This document shows, one piece after another, positions 36,716 through 46,362 of a stretch of DNA of 64,000 nt. Both the position numbers and the translations under genes were made by a program. The notes below the pieces were generated by a model. It was not told where the DNA came from, ran no database searches, and saw only the letters and a list, made by a program, of their open reading frames with translations. The DNA is from Thermoplasmata archaeon (lineage in GTDB: Archaea; Thermoplasmatota; Thermoplasmata; RBG-16-68-12), in the NCBI GenBank assembly GCA_035636315.1, contig DASPZJ010000084.1, positions 25,401 to 89,400 of the forward strand, given 5' to 3'. Numbering within the stretch: position 1 is the first letter of the stretch; each line of letters begins with the position of its first letter.

Positions 36716-39700
36716 ATGACAGGGATGGCTCTCTTCCAGGGCTTGCTCGATCGCGAAGGCCGCACCCTCGAGAAGGTCCGCCGGCTCGTCGAATCCGGCG
36801 GTGCATCGATGAACGCGGGCGCGGAGGCCCGCGCGGCGAACGCGTACATGAAGGCGCTCAGCCTCCTCGAGGCACAGACGGCGCCGGTCGAACGCCCCGA
36901 GGAATGGGCCGAAGCATGCGCGAAAGTCGGAGCGGGTCTCTTCGCGGTCGGCCACGTGGAGTCGGCCCAGGCCGCGGCGACGGAAGCGCTGCGGTGCGAC
37001 ACCGCGAACGTACGCGCCCTGGCGGTCCAGGGGGACCTCCTCGTCGCCGCCGGTCGGGCGACGGATGCGATTTCGTACTATGATGCGGCGCTGCGCGCGA
37101 ACCCGAAGGCGAAGGGCGTCTGGTCCCGGAAGGGAAACGCCCATGCGTCCCTGGAACAGCGTCCGGAGGCGATCCGGGCGTACATCCAGGTCGTGAATCT
37201 CAACCCGGACGACGTCGATGGGTACGCGCGCGTGCTGGCGCTGGTGCCCGAGGACGTCGAGATGTGGGTCCGGAAAGGCGAGGCGCATCGGAGGCGCGAC
37301 GAGCTCGAGGAGGCCCATGCCGCCTACGACCGCGCCCTCCGCGTCGATTCCACGTGCAAGGCGGCCCTCGAGGGCAAGGCGCTCGCGTATCTCCGGGCGC
37401 AGGATCCGCAGCGGGCGTTGCGTTGCCTCGACCGCGTGATCCAGCTCGACGGGTACGACCCGGACGCGTGGCGTCTCCGCGGAGACGTCCTCGCCGCGTC
37501 GCATCAGAACGAGGAGGCGCTGCGGTCTTACGACGAAGCCGTGCGGCTCCGAGACGGCGACGCGGTCGCCTGGCTTGCCCGGGCTCATTTGCTCCAGACG
37601 ATCGGGCGGAGCGTCGATGCCGTCGCGTCGTACGATCGAGCGATCGCCCTCACGCCCAAGGCGCTGCCGCCTCACGTGGGCCGCCTCGAGGCGCTCCGCG
37701 CCCTCGCGCGCTGGGACGAGGTCGTGAAGGAAGCCGGCAAGATCGCCTCCTTCGACCCCCGCAACGGCCCGGCGCTGTACGCGAAAGCCCACGCGTTGCT
37801 CCAGCTGAACCGCCCCGACGAGGCCCTCGCTGCGTTCGACGCCTTCCTGGCGGTCGAGCCCCGCTCGTACGACGGGCTCGAGGCGAAGCGCCAGCTCCTT
37901 CTTACGTCGGAACGATGGGCGGACCTCGTGGCCGCGTGCGACGCGATCTTGGCGGTGCAGCCGCACCATCTCCGCGCCTTGAGGGACAAGGGCCGGGCGC
38001 AGCTTGCCCTCGGCCAGGCCGAGCAGGCATACGCGACGTTCGACCAGCTCCACGTCGTCGCGCCGGACGACCTCGACGCAATCCGAGGCCAGCGGGACGC
38101 GTTGCGCTTCGTGAAGAACCCGAAGCTCCTCCTCCACGCGTGCGACCTGATCTTGGCGAAAGACCCGGCGGACCGGTCCACCTGGGTCGCGAAGGGCGAG
38201 GCGCACGAAGCGCTGTCGGAACCGGAGGCGGCGCTCGCCGCCTACGAGACGGCGTTGCGGCTCGATCCGCGCACCGCGGAGGCCGCCGCCCGCAAGGCCG
38301 CACTGCTGTCCCACTTGAGCCGATACGAAGACGCCCTCCGCGCCTACGACGCGGCGATCGAGGCCGACCCCGCGTCCGCGAACCTGTGGCTCGAGAAAGG
38401 CCGCATCCAGTACTGGCTCAAGGCCTACTCGGACGCCGTCGATTCCCTCGACCGCACGACCCGCTACGCCCCGTCGGATCCGAGAGGCTGGTATCTGCTC
38501 GGCCTCTCCCTCGAAGGCGCGACGCGCTACGAGCAGGCGGTCGCGGCGTTCGACCGCGCCCTCGCCCTCGAGCCGAACAGCGCGAAGGCGTGGCTCGGGA
38601 AAGGCACCGCGCTCCAGTGGCTCAAGCGGTACGAGGAGGCCGCGAACGCGTACGGCCAGGCGGCCCTTCGGGACAAGGCGATGACGCCTGCGTTGCTGAA
38701 GCAAGGTTCGTGCCTCCTGGAGTTGCACCGGTACGAGGAGGCCGTCCCGGTCTACGAGACGGTCGTCGCCGCGGACCCGAAGGACAAGGTCGCACTGACG
38801 GGCCTGTGCGCCGCCCTGGAGGGCCTCGGCCGCACGAAGGAGGCGTTCGAGGCGAGCGGTCGGCTCACCGTCGCCGACCCGAAAGACGTCGAGGCGTGGG
38901 CGCGCCGCGCGCGCTATGCGAGCGGGAGCGGCCAAGGAAAGGACGCGCTCTCAGCGATCGCGAAGGCCGTCGGCCTCGCACCCGACCGGGCGGACCTCCT
39001 GCGGGTCAAGCGGGACCTCCTGGTGTCCCAAGGGTCCTTCAAAGCGGCCGCGGAGGTCGGCGAGCGGTTGCTCGAGATCGACCCGCGCGACGTGGACGCG
39101 AGACGCGAACGAGCGGTCGCCCTCGAGCGGGTGGGGAAGGTCGACACAGCCCTGGAGGAGTTGGACGCCGCCGGGCGGATCGACCCGATGGACCGCACCA
39201 CCTGGAACGCAAAGGGCGCATTGCTCGTCCGCGCAGGTCGAAAGCCGGAGGCGCTGGAGGCGTACGATCGATCGCTCTCCCTGAACCCCGGAGACCGCGC
39301 CGCGCTGGCGGCGAAAGGCCGCCTCCTCTTCGACGCGGGCCGGGTGGCGGACGCACTCCGGACGTTCGACGACGGCCTCATCTTGGATCACGAGAACCTC
39401 GAGTTCCTGAACGGCAAGGCGATGTGCCTCGCGGCCGAGGCGCACTTCGATGATGCGCTCTCGCTCGTGACGATCGTCTTCGGGAAGGACCCGAACAGCT
39501 ACGACGCCTACCGGACGAAGGGGGTCTGCCTCCTGCGGACGGGCCGGGCGGCCGACGCGATTCCATGCCTCGATTTCGTCCTGAAAGCGCATCCGCAAGA
39601 TGCGACCGTGCTGACGTGGAAGGGCGAGGCGTACCAAGCGCTCGAGAAGCCGACCGAAGCCCTCGCCGCCTTCGACGCGGCGATCGACGCCGACGAGACC

Positions 39701-40906
39701 CTGGGCTCGGCATGGCGCGGACGGGGCCTCGTCCTCCTGAAACTGGAGCGGTATCCGGATGCCGCGGAGGCGCTCACGAGGGCGACGGAAGCGCGGAGGG
39801 ACGACAAAGCGCTCTGGACGACCCTCGGATTCGCGGACGAGCGGGCGGGCCGCTACGACGCCGCGGCGTCCGCGTACGATGAGGCGCTACGGCTCGATGC
39901 GCGCGACAAGTCGACCTGGACGAGCAAGGGGATGGCCCTCCTGCATCTCCGCCGATTCGACGATGCGCTGAAGTGCTTCGATGCGGGGCTCGCCCTCGAT
40001 CCGGCGTTCGAGGCGGCCGCGGACGGCAAGCGACGCGCCGAGGAGCGCATCCATGTCGCCACAATCGAGGGCTTCGCGGAGGCCGTCGTCCGTTTCGAGA
40101 TGCACCTCAAGCGGCCGGCCACGCGCGATGAGATCTTCAAGTACTGCTCCGTGCCGCTCGAACTCCTCGACGAGGTCATCCGATACGTCAACGAGCCCGC
40201 ACCGCTCGCCCCGGACCGCATCGAGCCCGAGGCGCTACGGAAGTACGAGGCGGTCGGGGCCGCGGTGTTGCAGCACGTCGGGAATGCGGCCAACCTGGAC
40301 GCGATCCGGCTCACGGACGTGACGACCGTCCTGCCGCACATCGACCTGGACGAGGCCCGAACGATCTGGGGCTACATCGACTGGGTGCGCGACGCGCCGC
40401 TCGAGCCAACGCCGGAGTGGCACAACGACGACCTGATCCGTCAGGCGCTCGACCTCCCGAAGGAGGAATGGAACCTCGTCGATCTCGCGAAGGAACTGCA
40501 CCTGGGGCCGTTCGAGGCGAAGAAACTCGAGGTCTCTTTGAAGATCTTCCAAGGCGGCGCGTACCGGATCACGACGCGAGGGCTCCCCGAGCCGAAACCT
40601 CGGAAGGGGAAGACGGAGGAGCGTCCGGTCGCGCCGCGGTCGGAGGTGTCGGAGGACGAGGAAGCGCCGGCCACGAAGAAGGCGGGGCCACCTCCGCCAT
40701 CCGGGAGGCCGAGTGCGGACGCCCCGTCGGCGCTGTGCGAAGCACATCATGCTCCCGGCATCGACCGCCACTCGTGCGGTGCCTCGCTGTGCGCGACGTG
40801 CATCGACTCGGGCGGCGTCTGCCCCGGGTGCCACGCGGCGCTCCCGAAGGCGGCGGAACGCGAAGCGAGGAGGAAGGATCGCGAGGCGGACTTCAGCCGA
40901 CTGTGA
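36716..40906 (+). CDS. giant TPR-repeat protein with C-terminal Cys/His-rich zinc-finger-like tail
   Basis: 1396 aa. About 1050 aa of 34-residue TPR-like periodicity (W..KG.A...L.R..EA...YD.AL..DP), then a non-repeat region, then CEAHH...HSCGASLCATCIDSGGVCPGCH. Confidence 0.8.
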   Translation: MTGMALFQGLLDREGRTLEKVRRLVESGGASMNAGAEARAANAYMKALSLLEAQTAPVERPEEWAEACAKVGAGLFAVGHVESAQAAATEALRCDTANVRALAVQGDLLVAAGRATDAISYYDAALRANPKAKGVWSRKGNAHASLEQRPEAIRAYIQVVNLNPDDVDGYARVLALVPEDVEMWVRKGEAHRRRDELEEAHAAYDRALRVDSTCKAALEGKALAYLRAQDPQRALRCLDRVIQLDGYDPDAWRLRGDVLAASHQNEEALRSYDEAVRLRDGDAVAWLARAHLLQTIGRSVDAVASYDRAIALTPKALPPHVGRLEALRALARWDEVVKEAGKIASFDPRNGPALYAKAHALLQLNRPDEALAAFDAFLAVEPRSYDGLEAKRQLLLTSERWADLVAACDAILAVQPHHLRALRDKGRAQLALGQAEQAYATFDQLHVVAPDDLDAIRGQRDALRFVKNPKLLLHACDLILAKDPADRSTWVAKGEAHEALSEPEAALAAYETALRLDPRTAEAAARKAALLSHLSRYEDALRAYDAAIEADPASANLWLEKGRIQYWLKAYSDAVDSLDRTTRYAPSDPRGWYLLGLSLEGATRYEQAVAAFDRALALEPNSAKAWLGKGTALQWLKRYEEAANAYGQAALRDKAMTPALLKQGSCLLELHRYEEAVPVYETVVAADPKDKVALTGLCAALEGLGRTKEAFEASGRLTVADPKDVEAWARRARYASGSGQGKDALSAIAKAVGLAPDRADLLRVKRDLLVSQGSFKAAAEVGERLLEIDPRDVDARRERAVALERVGKVDTALEELDAAGRIDPMDRTTWNAKGALLVRAGRKPEALEAYDRSLSLNPGDRAALAAKGRLLFDAGRVADALRTFDDGLILDHENLEFLNGKAMCLAAEAHFDDALSLVTIVFGKDPNSYDAYRTKGVCLLRTGRAADAIPCLDFVLKAHPQDATVLTWKGEAYQALEKPTEALAAFDAAIDADETLGSAWRGRGLVLLKLERYPDAAEALTRATEARRDDKALWTTLGFADERAGRYDAAASAYDEALRLDARDKSTWTSKGMALLHLRRFDDALKCFDAGLALDPAFEAAADGKRRAEERIHVATIEGFAEAVVRFEMHLKRPATRDEIFKYCSVPLELLDEVIRYVNEPAPLAPDRIEPEALRKYEAVGAAVLQHVGNAANLDAIRLTDVTTVLPHIDLDEARTIWGYIDWVRDAPLEPTPEWHNDDLIRQALDLPKEEWNLVDLAKELHLGPFEAKKLEVSLKIFQGGAYRITTRGLPEPKPRKGKTEERPVAPRSEVSEDEEAPATKKAGPPPPSGRPSADAPSALCEAHHAPGIDRHSCGASLCATCIDSGGVCPGCHAALPKAAEREARRKDREADFSRL

Positions 40907-41147
40907 GGAGGCGTCCAACGGGGGCCGATCCGATGGGCGGCATCGTAGGTGACAGGTTCCCTTCGTTTCGAGGCGCAAGGGTCGCTCGAGAGGTCCCAGC
41001 GTCACATCCCGAATGGTGCAGATGCGGGAGACGAAAGATGATGGATACGGCGAAGCACGAGTGGTTCTGCCTGCGATGCGGTCGTTCCGAAACGTTCTGC
41101 GTGGATTTCGGATGCAGGGGTCACGGTTGACGCGGGGCCCATCTTGA

Positions 41148-41792
41148 TCATCCAAACGTCCAGTGATCCCGCTCCCGCAGCAGCTCTCGCAGGAGGCGAA
41201 CGGCGCGGGGCCGGTCGACCCGCATCAGGAACGCCCCCAGGTGCTTGCAGAACAACCGCCCGACCGCTCGGTTCGTCTTGAAGTCGACGCAGTCGTGCTC
41301 GACGCGGCGTTCTTGACGGTCGATGAGGACCGAGTATTCCTTGACGGTGCCCGCGAGGAGCGTTTCCGTCTCCTTGTCGACCGAGACAACCGCGGGGTCG
41401 ATCCCGTGCGCGGAGGCGAGGCGGTTCTTCCCGAGGAAGACCAGCAGGAGCTCCTCGGCCGTCATCTTGTCGATGTCCTTGTTCATCGGCACGTCGGCCT
41501 GGATCGTGGCGGCCTCGTCCTCGACCTGCCCGCCTTTGATCTTCACCGCGACGCCGAAGCGCTCGAGCGCCTCGTTGATCTTCTTGTCGATGTACGCCTG
41601 CTCCTCGGGCGTGTACTTCGCCCGGTTGCGCGGCTCGCTGAAGTACCGGCGCGCAGCGCGTGCGTGGAACGGCGTGTGGACGGGGTACTTCCAGTTCGCC
41701 GGGTCGCCGTACTTGTCCGGGTCCTTCGGATAGCCTTGGAGCGGGCCGAGGCGGCCGTCCCGCTTGCGACCCGGCTTGACGGCGCGGGCCAT
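41148..41792 (-). CDS. hypothetical protein with C-terminal SWIM-like motif
   Basis: HDCVDFKTNRAVGRLFCKHL near the C-terminus. Start at the internal ATG 41792. Confidence 0.45.
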   Translation of the reverse strand: MARAVKPGRKRDGRLGPLQGYPKDPDKYGDPANWKYPVHTPFHARAARRYFSEPRNRAKYTPEEQAYIDKKINEALERFGVAVKIKGGQVEDEAATIQADVPMNKDIDKMTAEELLLVFLGKNRLASAHGIDPAVVSVDKETETLLAGTVKEYSVLIDRQERRVEHDCVDFKTNRAVGRLFCKHLGAFLMRVDRPRAVRLLRELLRERDHWTFG

Positions 41793-41940
41793 CGGACCGG
41801 GAAACGCCGTCTCACGCGAGAAGGTTTCGTTCCGACCGAGCGACGACTGCGACGCGCTTTGACGGGTCGACGGACCGCTTCTCCGTTCGACGGAACATCC
41901 GCTCCGGATGGAGATTCGGTCCGCTGATAACGACCCGAGA

Positions 41941-41950
41941 AGCTTTAGAT
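41941..41950 (+). promoter_or_regulatory. TATA-like box (AGCTTTAGAT)
   Basis: Centred about 32 nt upstream of the ATG at 41977. Confidence 0.4.
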
Positions 41951-41976
41951 GGGCGAATCCCCACCTGGGAGGTCCA

Positions 41977-43203
41977 ATGCCCCATGCTCCGTTCGTGGGC
42001 GTTGTCCTCCTGCTCGTCCTCTCGGCCGGAACCGTTGCAGGCCCGGGGACCCGCGACCTCGGTCCGATGACGGGCCTCGCCTGGCAGCCGACGCCCGCCG
42101 AGCTCGCAGACACCTATCTGCGGAACGGGGGCGGATCGAACTCCGTCTATGGAGCGTCGGCCGATCTGTTCGTCGGCTTTTGGGGGAATCCGGAATGGAC
42201 CCGATCCATCCTTCGCTTCCCGGCCCTGCCGCTCCCCGCTGGTGCGGTCGTGGTGTCGGCGCACCTGGAACTCTACATGCACGCCGCGGACACGCCGGAT
42301 GCGATGGATCTCAGCGTGCACCGGATGACCAGTCCGTGGACGGAGTCCGGCGCGACCTGGAACGACATGGACGGCGCCAATGCATGGAACGCATCCGGAG
42401 GCGGAGGGGACTTCGACCCGACCTCGGTCGACCTCGTGACGGGCGTGACCAACGGCACGGGTTGGTACTCGTGGAATGTCACCTCTCTGGTCAAGGGCTG
42501 GTGGAACGGAACCGTCGCGAATCACGGGCTCCTGGTCCGCCAGGCGGACGATGACCTCGGGATCTCGCTGGGCCGAAAGGAGTTCTTCAGCAGCGATGCC
42601 CCGAACGCCACGGACCGACCGCGGCTCTCCATCGGGTACCGCGCACCCCTCGGGACGATCGACTTCCTGGCGGCCCTGCCTTGGCTCCTGCTCGCGGTCG
42701 CGATGGTCCCGCTCGCGTGGGCCGTCCTCCGGCGCATGAAGGCCGGACCGTTCCGGCCGACGGACCTGTACCTGATCCACCGAGACGGCCGGCTGATCGC
42801 CCGGATCGGGGGCTCGGAAGGTCCCGTGCGCGACGAGCTCGCGAGCTCGGGCATGCTCACCGTCGTCGCGCAGTTCGTCCGCGACTCCTTCGGGGGCAGC
42901 GCCGGCCCGGGGGAGCTGAAGAGCCTCACGGTCGACGAGCGCGCGGTGGCGATCGCGAAGGGCGCCTTCGTGTTCCTCGCGCTTGTCTTCGAGGGCCGGG
43001 CGCCGCTCGACTTGGACCGCCGGATCGCCGAGTTCCTCCAGGCGATCGAGGGAGCGTGGGGCGACGTCCTCCGGCATTGGGACGGGCTGCGGGAGGGACT
43101 CACGGACCTCGACGAGCCGCTCGCCTGGTTCCTTCGGACCGGATACCGTTCCGGCCATCCGCGACCGCCGATTTCCCTGGCTCCCGGAAAGTCGCCTCGA
43201 TGA
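41977..43203 (+). CDS. single-pass membrane protein with an extracellular DNRLRE-like beta-sandwich and a cytoplasmic Roadblock/LC7-like domain
   Basis: Signal/TM at the N-terminus. SILRFPALPLPAGAVVVSAHLELYMH...SPWTESGATWNDM is DNRLRE-like. TM LPWLLLAVAMVPLAWAVL. Then LYLIHRDGRLIARIGG...MLTVVAQFVRDSF...VAIAKGAFVFLALVFEG is Roadblock-like; this domain call is an inference. Confidence 0.5.
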   Translation: MPHAPFVGVVLLLVLSAGTVAGPGTRDLGPMTGLAWQPTPAELADTYLRNGGGSNSVYGASADLFVGFWGNPEWTRSILRFPALPLPAGAVVVSAHLELYMHAADTPDAMDLSVHRMTSPWTESGATWNDMDGANAWNASGGGGDFDPTSVDLVTGVTNGTGWYSWNVTSLVKGWWNGTVANHGLLVRQADDDLGISLGRKEFFSSDAPNATDRPRLSIGYRAPLGTIDFLAALPWLLLAVAMVPLAWAVLRRMKAGPFRPTDLYLIHRDGRLIARIGGSEGPVRDELASSGMLTVVAQFVRDSFGGSAGPGELKSLTVDERAVAIAKGAFVFLALVFEGRAPLDLDRRIAEFLQAIEGAWGDVLRHWDGLREGLTDLDEPLAWFLRTGYRSGHPRPPISLAPGKSPR

Positions 43204-43249
43204 TAGCGACGAGCAAACCCTTATCGTGCGCCCCACCGGACCCCGAGCG

Positions 43250-43828
43250 ATGGCTGCCACCCGCACCGCGGTGCCGGAAAGCCCGGGCGTCGGCCTGACG
43301 ATGAAGCTTGCCCTGGCGGGCGACCCGGGCGTGGGCAAGTCCAGCCTCGTCCGGCGGTTCGTGTCAGACACGTTCGACGACCAGTACGTGTCGACCCTGG
43401 GCACGAAGGTCTCGTCCCGCAAGTTCCGCGTCGACGATCCGCGCCGCGCGGGCGCGTCGATCGAGGTCGGGGCGAGCGTATGGGACGTCATGGGGTCCCT
43501 CGGATTCCGCGAACTCCTGAAGGATGCGTTCTTCTCGAACAGCCAAGCGGTCCTGTACGTGTGCGACCGCACGCGGCCCGAGAGCCTCTGGAGCCTCCTC
43601 GACTGGGCCGCGGCCGTCGAGAGCGTTGCGGGCCCTACGCCGGCCGTGCTGCTCGTGAACAAGTCGGATCTTGAGGGGCCGGAGACAATTTCGGCCGCGG
43701 ACGTGGACGAGCTGTGCCGCGCGCGCGGCTGGCGTTCCCTCGACACGAGCGCGAAGACCGGCTCGAACGTGGAGGCGGCCTTCCGCCTCGTCGCGCAGGG
43801 GTACCTCACGCGGGTCCAAACGAAATAG
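43250..43828 (+). CDS. Ras/Rab-like small GTPase
   Basis: G1 GDPGVGKS, G3 WDVMG, G4 NKSD, G5 TSAK. The TATA-like cccttatcg lies about 29 nt upstream. An alternative ATG lies at 43301. Confidence 0.8.
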   Translation: MAATRTAVPESPGVGLTMKLALAGDPGVGKSSLVRRFVSDTFDDQYVSTLGTKVSSRKFRVDDPRRAGASIEVGASVWDVMGSLGFRELLKDAFFSNSQAVLYVCDRTRPESLWSLLDWAAAVESVAGPTPAVLLVNKSDLEGPETISAADVDELCRARGWRSLDTSAKTGSNVEAAFRLVAQGYLTRVQTK

Positions 43829-43867
43829 CGCGCGCGGTCCCCAAAGGCCTTTTCCGGAGTCGTTGAT

Positions 43868-44500
43868 GTGGCGGCGAGCATGCCCTCCCGAGCCCTCACG
43901 ATCGTCGGCATCGGCGACTCGACGACGGCGGGCACGCCCGGTTTCCGCTCGCCGCTCGAAGCGCCGCCGCACGGTGCCGGGAACCCGGAGAGCCAGTACG
44001 CCTTCTGGATGATGCGTCTCCATCCCGAGTGGAAGGTCCTGAACCGCGGCGTCGACGGGCAGGCGGCCGCCGAGATCCGCGGGCGCTTCCAACGGGATGT
44101 CGTCGAGGCGAGGCCCGCGGTCGCGATTATCCTCGCGGGGGTGAATGACCTCTTCGCCGGAGGCGAGCCCGAGCCGGTCGAGCGGGACCTGGGGACGATG
44201 TACGCGGACGCGCTCGATGCGGGCATCGTGCCGCTCGCCGCCTCCGTCCTCCCGTACGACCGCGCGACGCCAACGGCGACGGCGGCGATCTTCACTCTGA
44301 ACCACTGGATCGAATCGTTCGCGAAGGTCCTCGACATCCCTTTCTGCGACACCCATGCGGCCGTCGGGGATCCGGCGGCACCGCACCGCTTGCGGGGATC
44401 GCCCGACGGGCTGCATCCGGACGTCGACGGCTACCGCCGGATGGGAGAGGCGCTCGCGCGCACGGTTGAGGTCCATCTAGCCCGCATGCCCGCGCGTTGA
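43868..44500 (+). CDS. SGNH/GDSL-family hydrolase
   Basis: Block I IVGIGDSTTAG and a C-terminal DGLHP block. Confidence 0.75.
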   Translation: MAASMPSRALTIVGIGDSTTAGTPGFRSPLEAPPHGAGNPESQYAFWMMRLHPEWKVLNRGVDGQAAAEIRGRFQRDVVEARPAVAIILAGVNDLFAGGEPEPVERDLGTMYADALDAGIVPLAASVLPYDRATPTATAAIFTLNHWIESFAKVLDIPFCDTHAAVGDPAAPHRLRGSPDGLHPDVDGYRRMGEALARTVEVHLARMPAR

Positions 44501-44541
44501 ACGTACCGTGGATCAAGCGGAAGGGAACCGCACCTCGCAGA

Positions 44542-45357
44542 TCAGACGGTCTTCACGGGGACGGGCGGAGCGACGGGTTCCCAGAACTCCTTGCGCGTAT
44601 CGCGGATCGTCGGCCGGAAGGCCCGCGCGGTCTCGACGTCGCGGACGTCGACCTGCGAAAGGACCGTCGCCTCCTGGAAGTCCGGCGCCTTCCCGAGGTC
44701 CTCGCCTCGAGGGCCGATCGCCTGCGTACCTCCCTGGAAGACGACGTTCAACTCCGCGCCGACCAGGTTCGCGTACAGCACGTACACGGCGTTCTCGATT
44801 GCCCGCGCGGGCAAGATTCGGTCGAAGAACGGCTTCGAAGTGGCGGGCGAGGCGCTGATGATCGCGATCAGGTCGACGCCTTGGAGAGCGTACGCCTTCG
44901 CGAGCTCCGGGAAGAACGCGTCGTAGCAGATGAGGAGGCCGATCCGCCCGAGCTTCGTCTCGACGAGTGTGAGGCCGTCCCCACGGCCGAAGTAGAGGCC
45001 TTCTTCGAACGGCCCGAAGTTCGCGGGGTACACTTTCCGGTAGGAGGCGACCTTGCCGTCCGGGGCGACGAGCACGGACGTGTTGTAGAGCTTGCGCGTC
45101 TCGGTTTCGCGCTCGGGCATGCCGAAGACGACGTGCGTGCCGTGCTCCGCGGCGATCTTCTGGACCGCCTTCACGGTCGGTCCGTCGAGCGGCTCCGCGA
45201 GGTGCGCGAACGAGTCGCGGGCCATGTAGCCGGTGAGGTACATCTCGCCTGCCAGGAGGAGATCCGCCCGCGCCGACGCGATCGTCGTCTCGAGCTTCCG
45301 GAGGTTCTTCGCCTTGTCCCCGACCGCCGGATCGAGCTGCGCGAGGGCCGCCCTCAC
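44542..45357 (-). CDS. carbon-nitrogen hydrolase (nitrilase superfamily)
   Basis: MRAALAQLDP...E(M)YLTGY...K..L...E...F..G, with the catalytic Cys context GLLICYDAFFPE. Confidence 0.85.
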   Translation of the reverse strand: MRAALAQLDPAVGDKAKNLRKLETTIASARADLLLAGEMYLTGYMARDSFAHLAEPLDGPTVKAVQKIAAEHGTHVVFGMPERETETRKLYNTSVLVAPDGKVASYRKVYPANFGPFEEGLYFGRGDGLTLVETKLGRIGLLICYDAFFPELAKAYALQGVDLIAIISASPATSKPFFDRILPARAIENAVYVLYANLVGAELNVVFQGGTQAIGPRGEDLGKAPDFQEATVLSQVDVRDVETARAFRPTIRDTRKEFWEPVAPPVPVKTV

Positions 45358-45471
45358 ATCGCCACCTCGCCGTCCGCAAGGGAGCGGGAGCGGGAAAAAG
45401 CTTCGCCCCTTTCCCTTCGGGCGAGGCGTCGCGCAACCTTTATGTCGGCCCCACCCTTAGCGCGGCCTCGC

Positions 45472-45544
45472 GCTCCCGTAGTCTAGCGGCCAAGGATAGA
45501 AGCCTCTCGAGCTTCTGACACGGGTTCAAATCCCGTCGGGAGCA
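45472..45544 (+). tRNA. tRNA-Glu (anticodon CTC); integration target
   Basis: Acceptor GCTCCCG/CGGGAGC, anticodon stem GAAGC/GCTTC, loop CTCTCGA, T arm ACGGG-TTCAAAT-CCCGT. The TATA-like cctttatg lies about 30 nt upstream. Confidence 0.85.
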
Positions 45545-45581
45545 TACGTGCGGACGGTACAAACCCATCCCGTCCGCCATT
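45539..45581 (+). repeat. att-like direct repeat, copy 1 (43 nt, overlaps the last 6 nt of tRNA-Glu)
   Basis: ggagcatacgtgcggacggtacaaacccatcccgtccgccatt is identical to 56788-56830. It contains the 8-bp hairpin gcggacgg/ccgtccgc. Imperfect homology continues to about 45646. Confidence 0.8.
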
Positions 45582-45726
45582 TTCCAATCTGACAGTGGGG
45601 AACGTTTCCGACTCAGTAATCGACTGTCCAAACCCATTGGGTTTGTCGTCTATGATCGTGGTCGGCTCGTGGAGGACTCAGCCTTCGTCCGGCGGCTCCT
45701 GACCCGGCTCCACCACGAGAGTCGAA

Positions 45727-46170
45727 TTAGAAGCTATTCCGCTCCAGGAAATGCACTGCCTTCTCCAAAGTTTGGAGGTATTCGGTTTTCCGCCACCATT
45801 GGCCGTGGGCGTGCAAGATGCTATTCCTTTTGCTGTTAAAATCGACTAGGAGCCCATGCTCGGCATCGTTGATGACTCCCAATATGAACGCCCACTCGAT
45901 CAGCTCATGGGTTCTAGCGAAGGAACGGTTCTTTCGCCGGCTTTCGATTCGGTTCCGCGTTTGTGTCGCTCGCTCACCCTCGAAAATTCTGTTGATTCGC
46001 TCCCATAAGATCCGTTCAACAGCTAGCTGAGTGTGAACAAAGGCCTCGACGTATTGACCTTTCCCAATCATCTCTGTAATGACTGAACTCCCCATATAGC
46101 GAACAATCGAGTCCGTCTCTTCCCCAGTCGCGGCATCGTTCACCCGGATGGGTCGAACCTTGGGATCCAT
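45727..46170 (-). CDS. HEPN-like protein (RNxxxH motif)
   Basis: 147 aa, predicted helical, with a C-terminal FNSKRNSILHAHG that fits the HEPN Rx4-6H signature. Confidence 0.4.
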   Translation of the reverse strand: MDPKVRPIRVNDAATGEETDSIVRYMGSSVITEMIGKGQYVEAFVHTQLAVERILWERINRIFEGERATQTRNRIESRRKNRSFARTHELIEWAFILGVINDAEHGLLVDFNSKRNSILHAHGQWWRKTEYLQTLEKAVHFLERNSF

Positions 46171-46362
46171 AGGCGACCTCTCAGCCCAAGAGGGGCGACC
46201 GCCCAAATGTCGTTTGCGGGGAATTTGGTGCCCGAAGTGTAGGTTCCGGCGCCAGCGGTCTGGAACGAACGTCTTGCGAGTTCCGCCGCAGGGGTTGTAT
46301 TCACATTGGTGGCAGAGGGATTCGGACGACACGACCCGAGTGGCAACTCTGATTGACGATGG

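Noticed and set aside
36644-38935. 763-aa minus-strand ORF and several 130-730-aa alternative-frame ORFs over the TPR gene.
   Set aside because: These are shadow ORFs of the repeat-rich high-GC TPR gene. They have no motifs and an extreme Arg/Gly/Pro composition.
40980-41130. Short Cys-rich frame (MMDTAKHEWFCLRCGRSETFCVDFGCRGHG) after the TPR gene.
   Set aside because: It is only about 30 aa, with no promoter or coupling evidence, and could be a chance frame.
41812-44352. 846-aa minus-strand ORF spanning three plus-strand genes.
   Set aside because: The plus-strand genes carry clear motifs (GTPase G1-G5, SGNH block I). The antisense frame is compositionally aberrant (Arg/Ser/Pro-rich).
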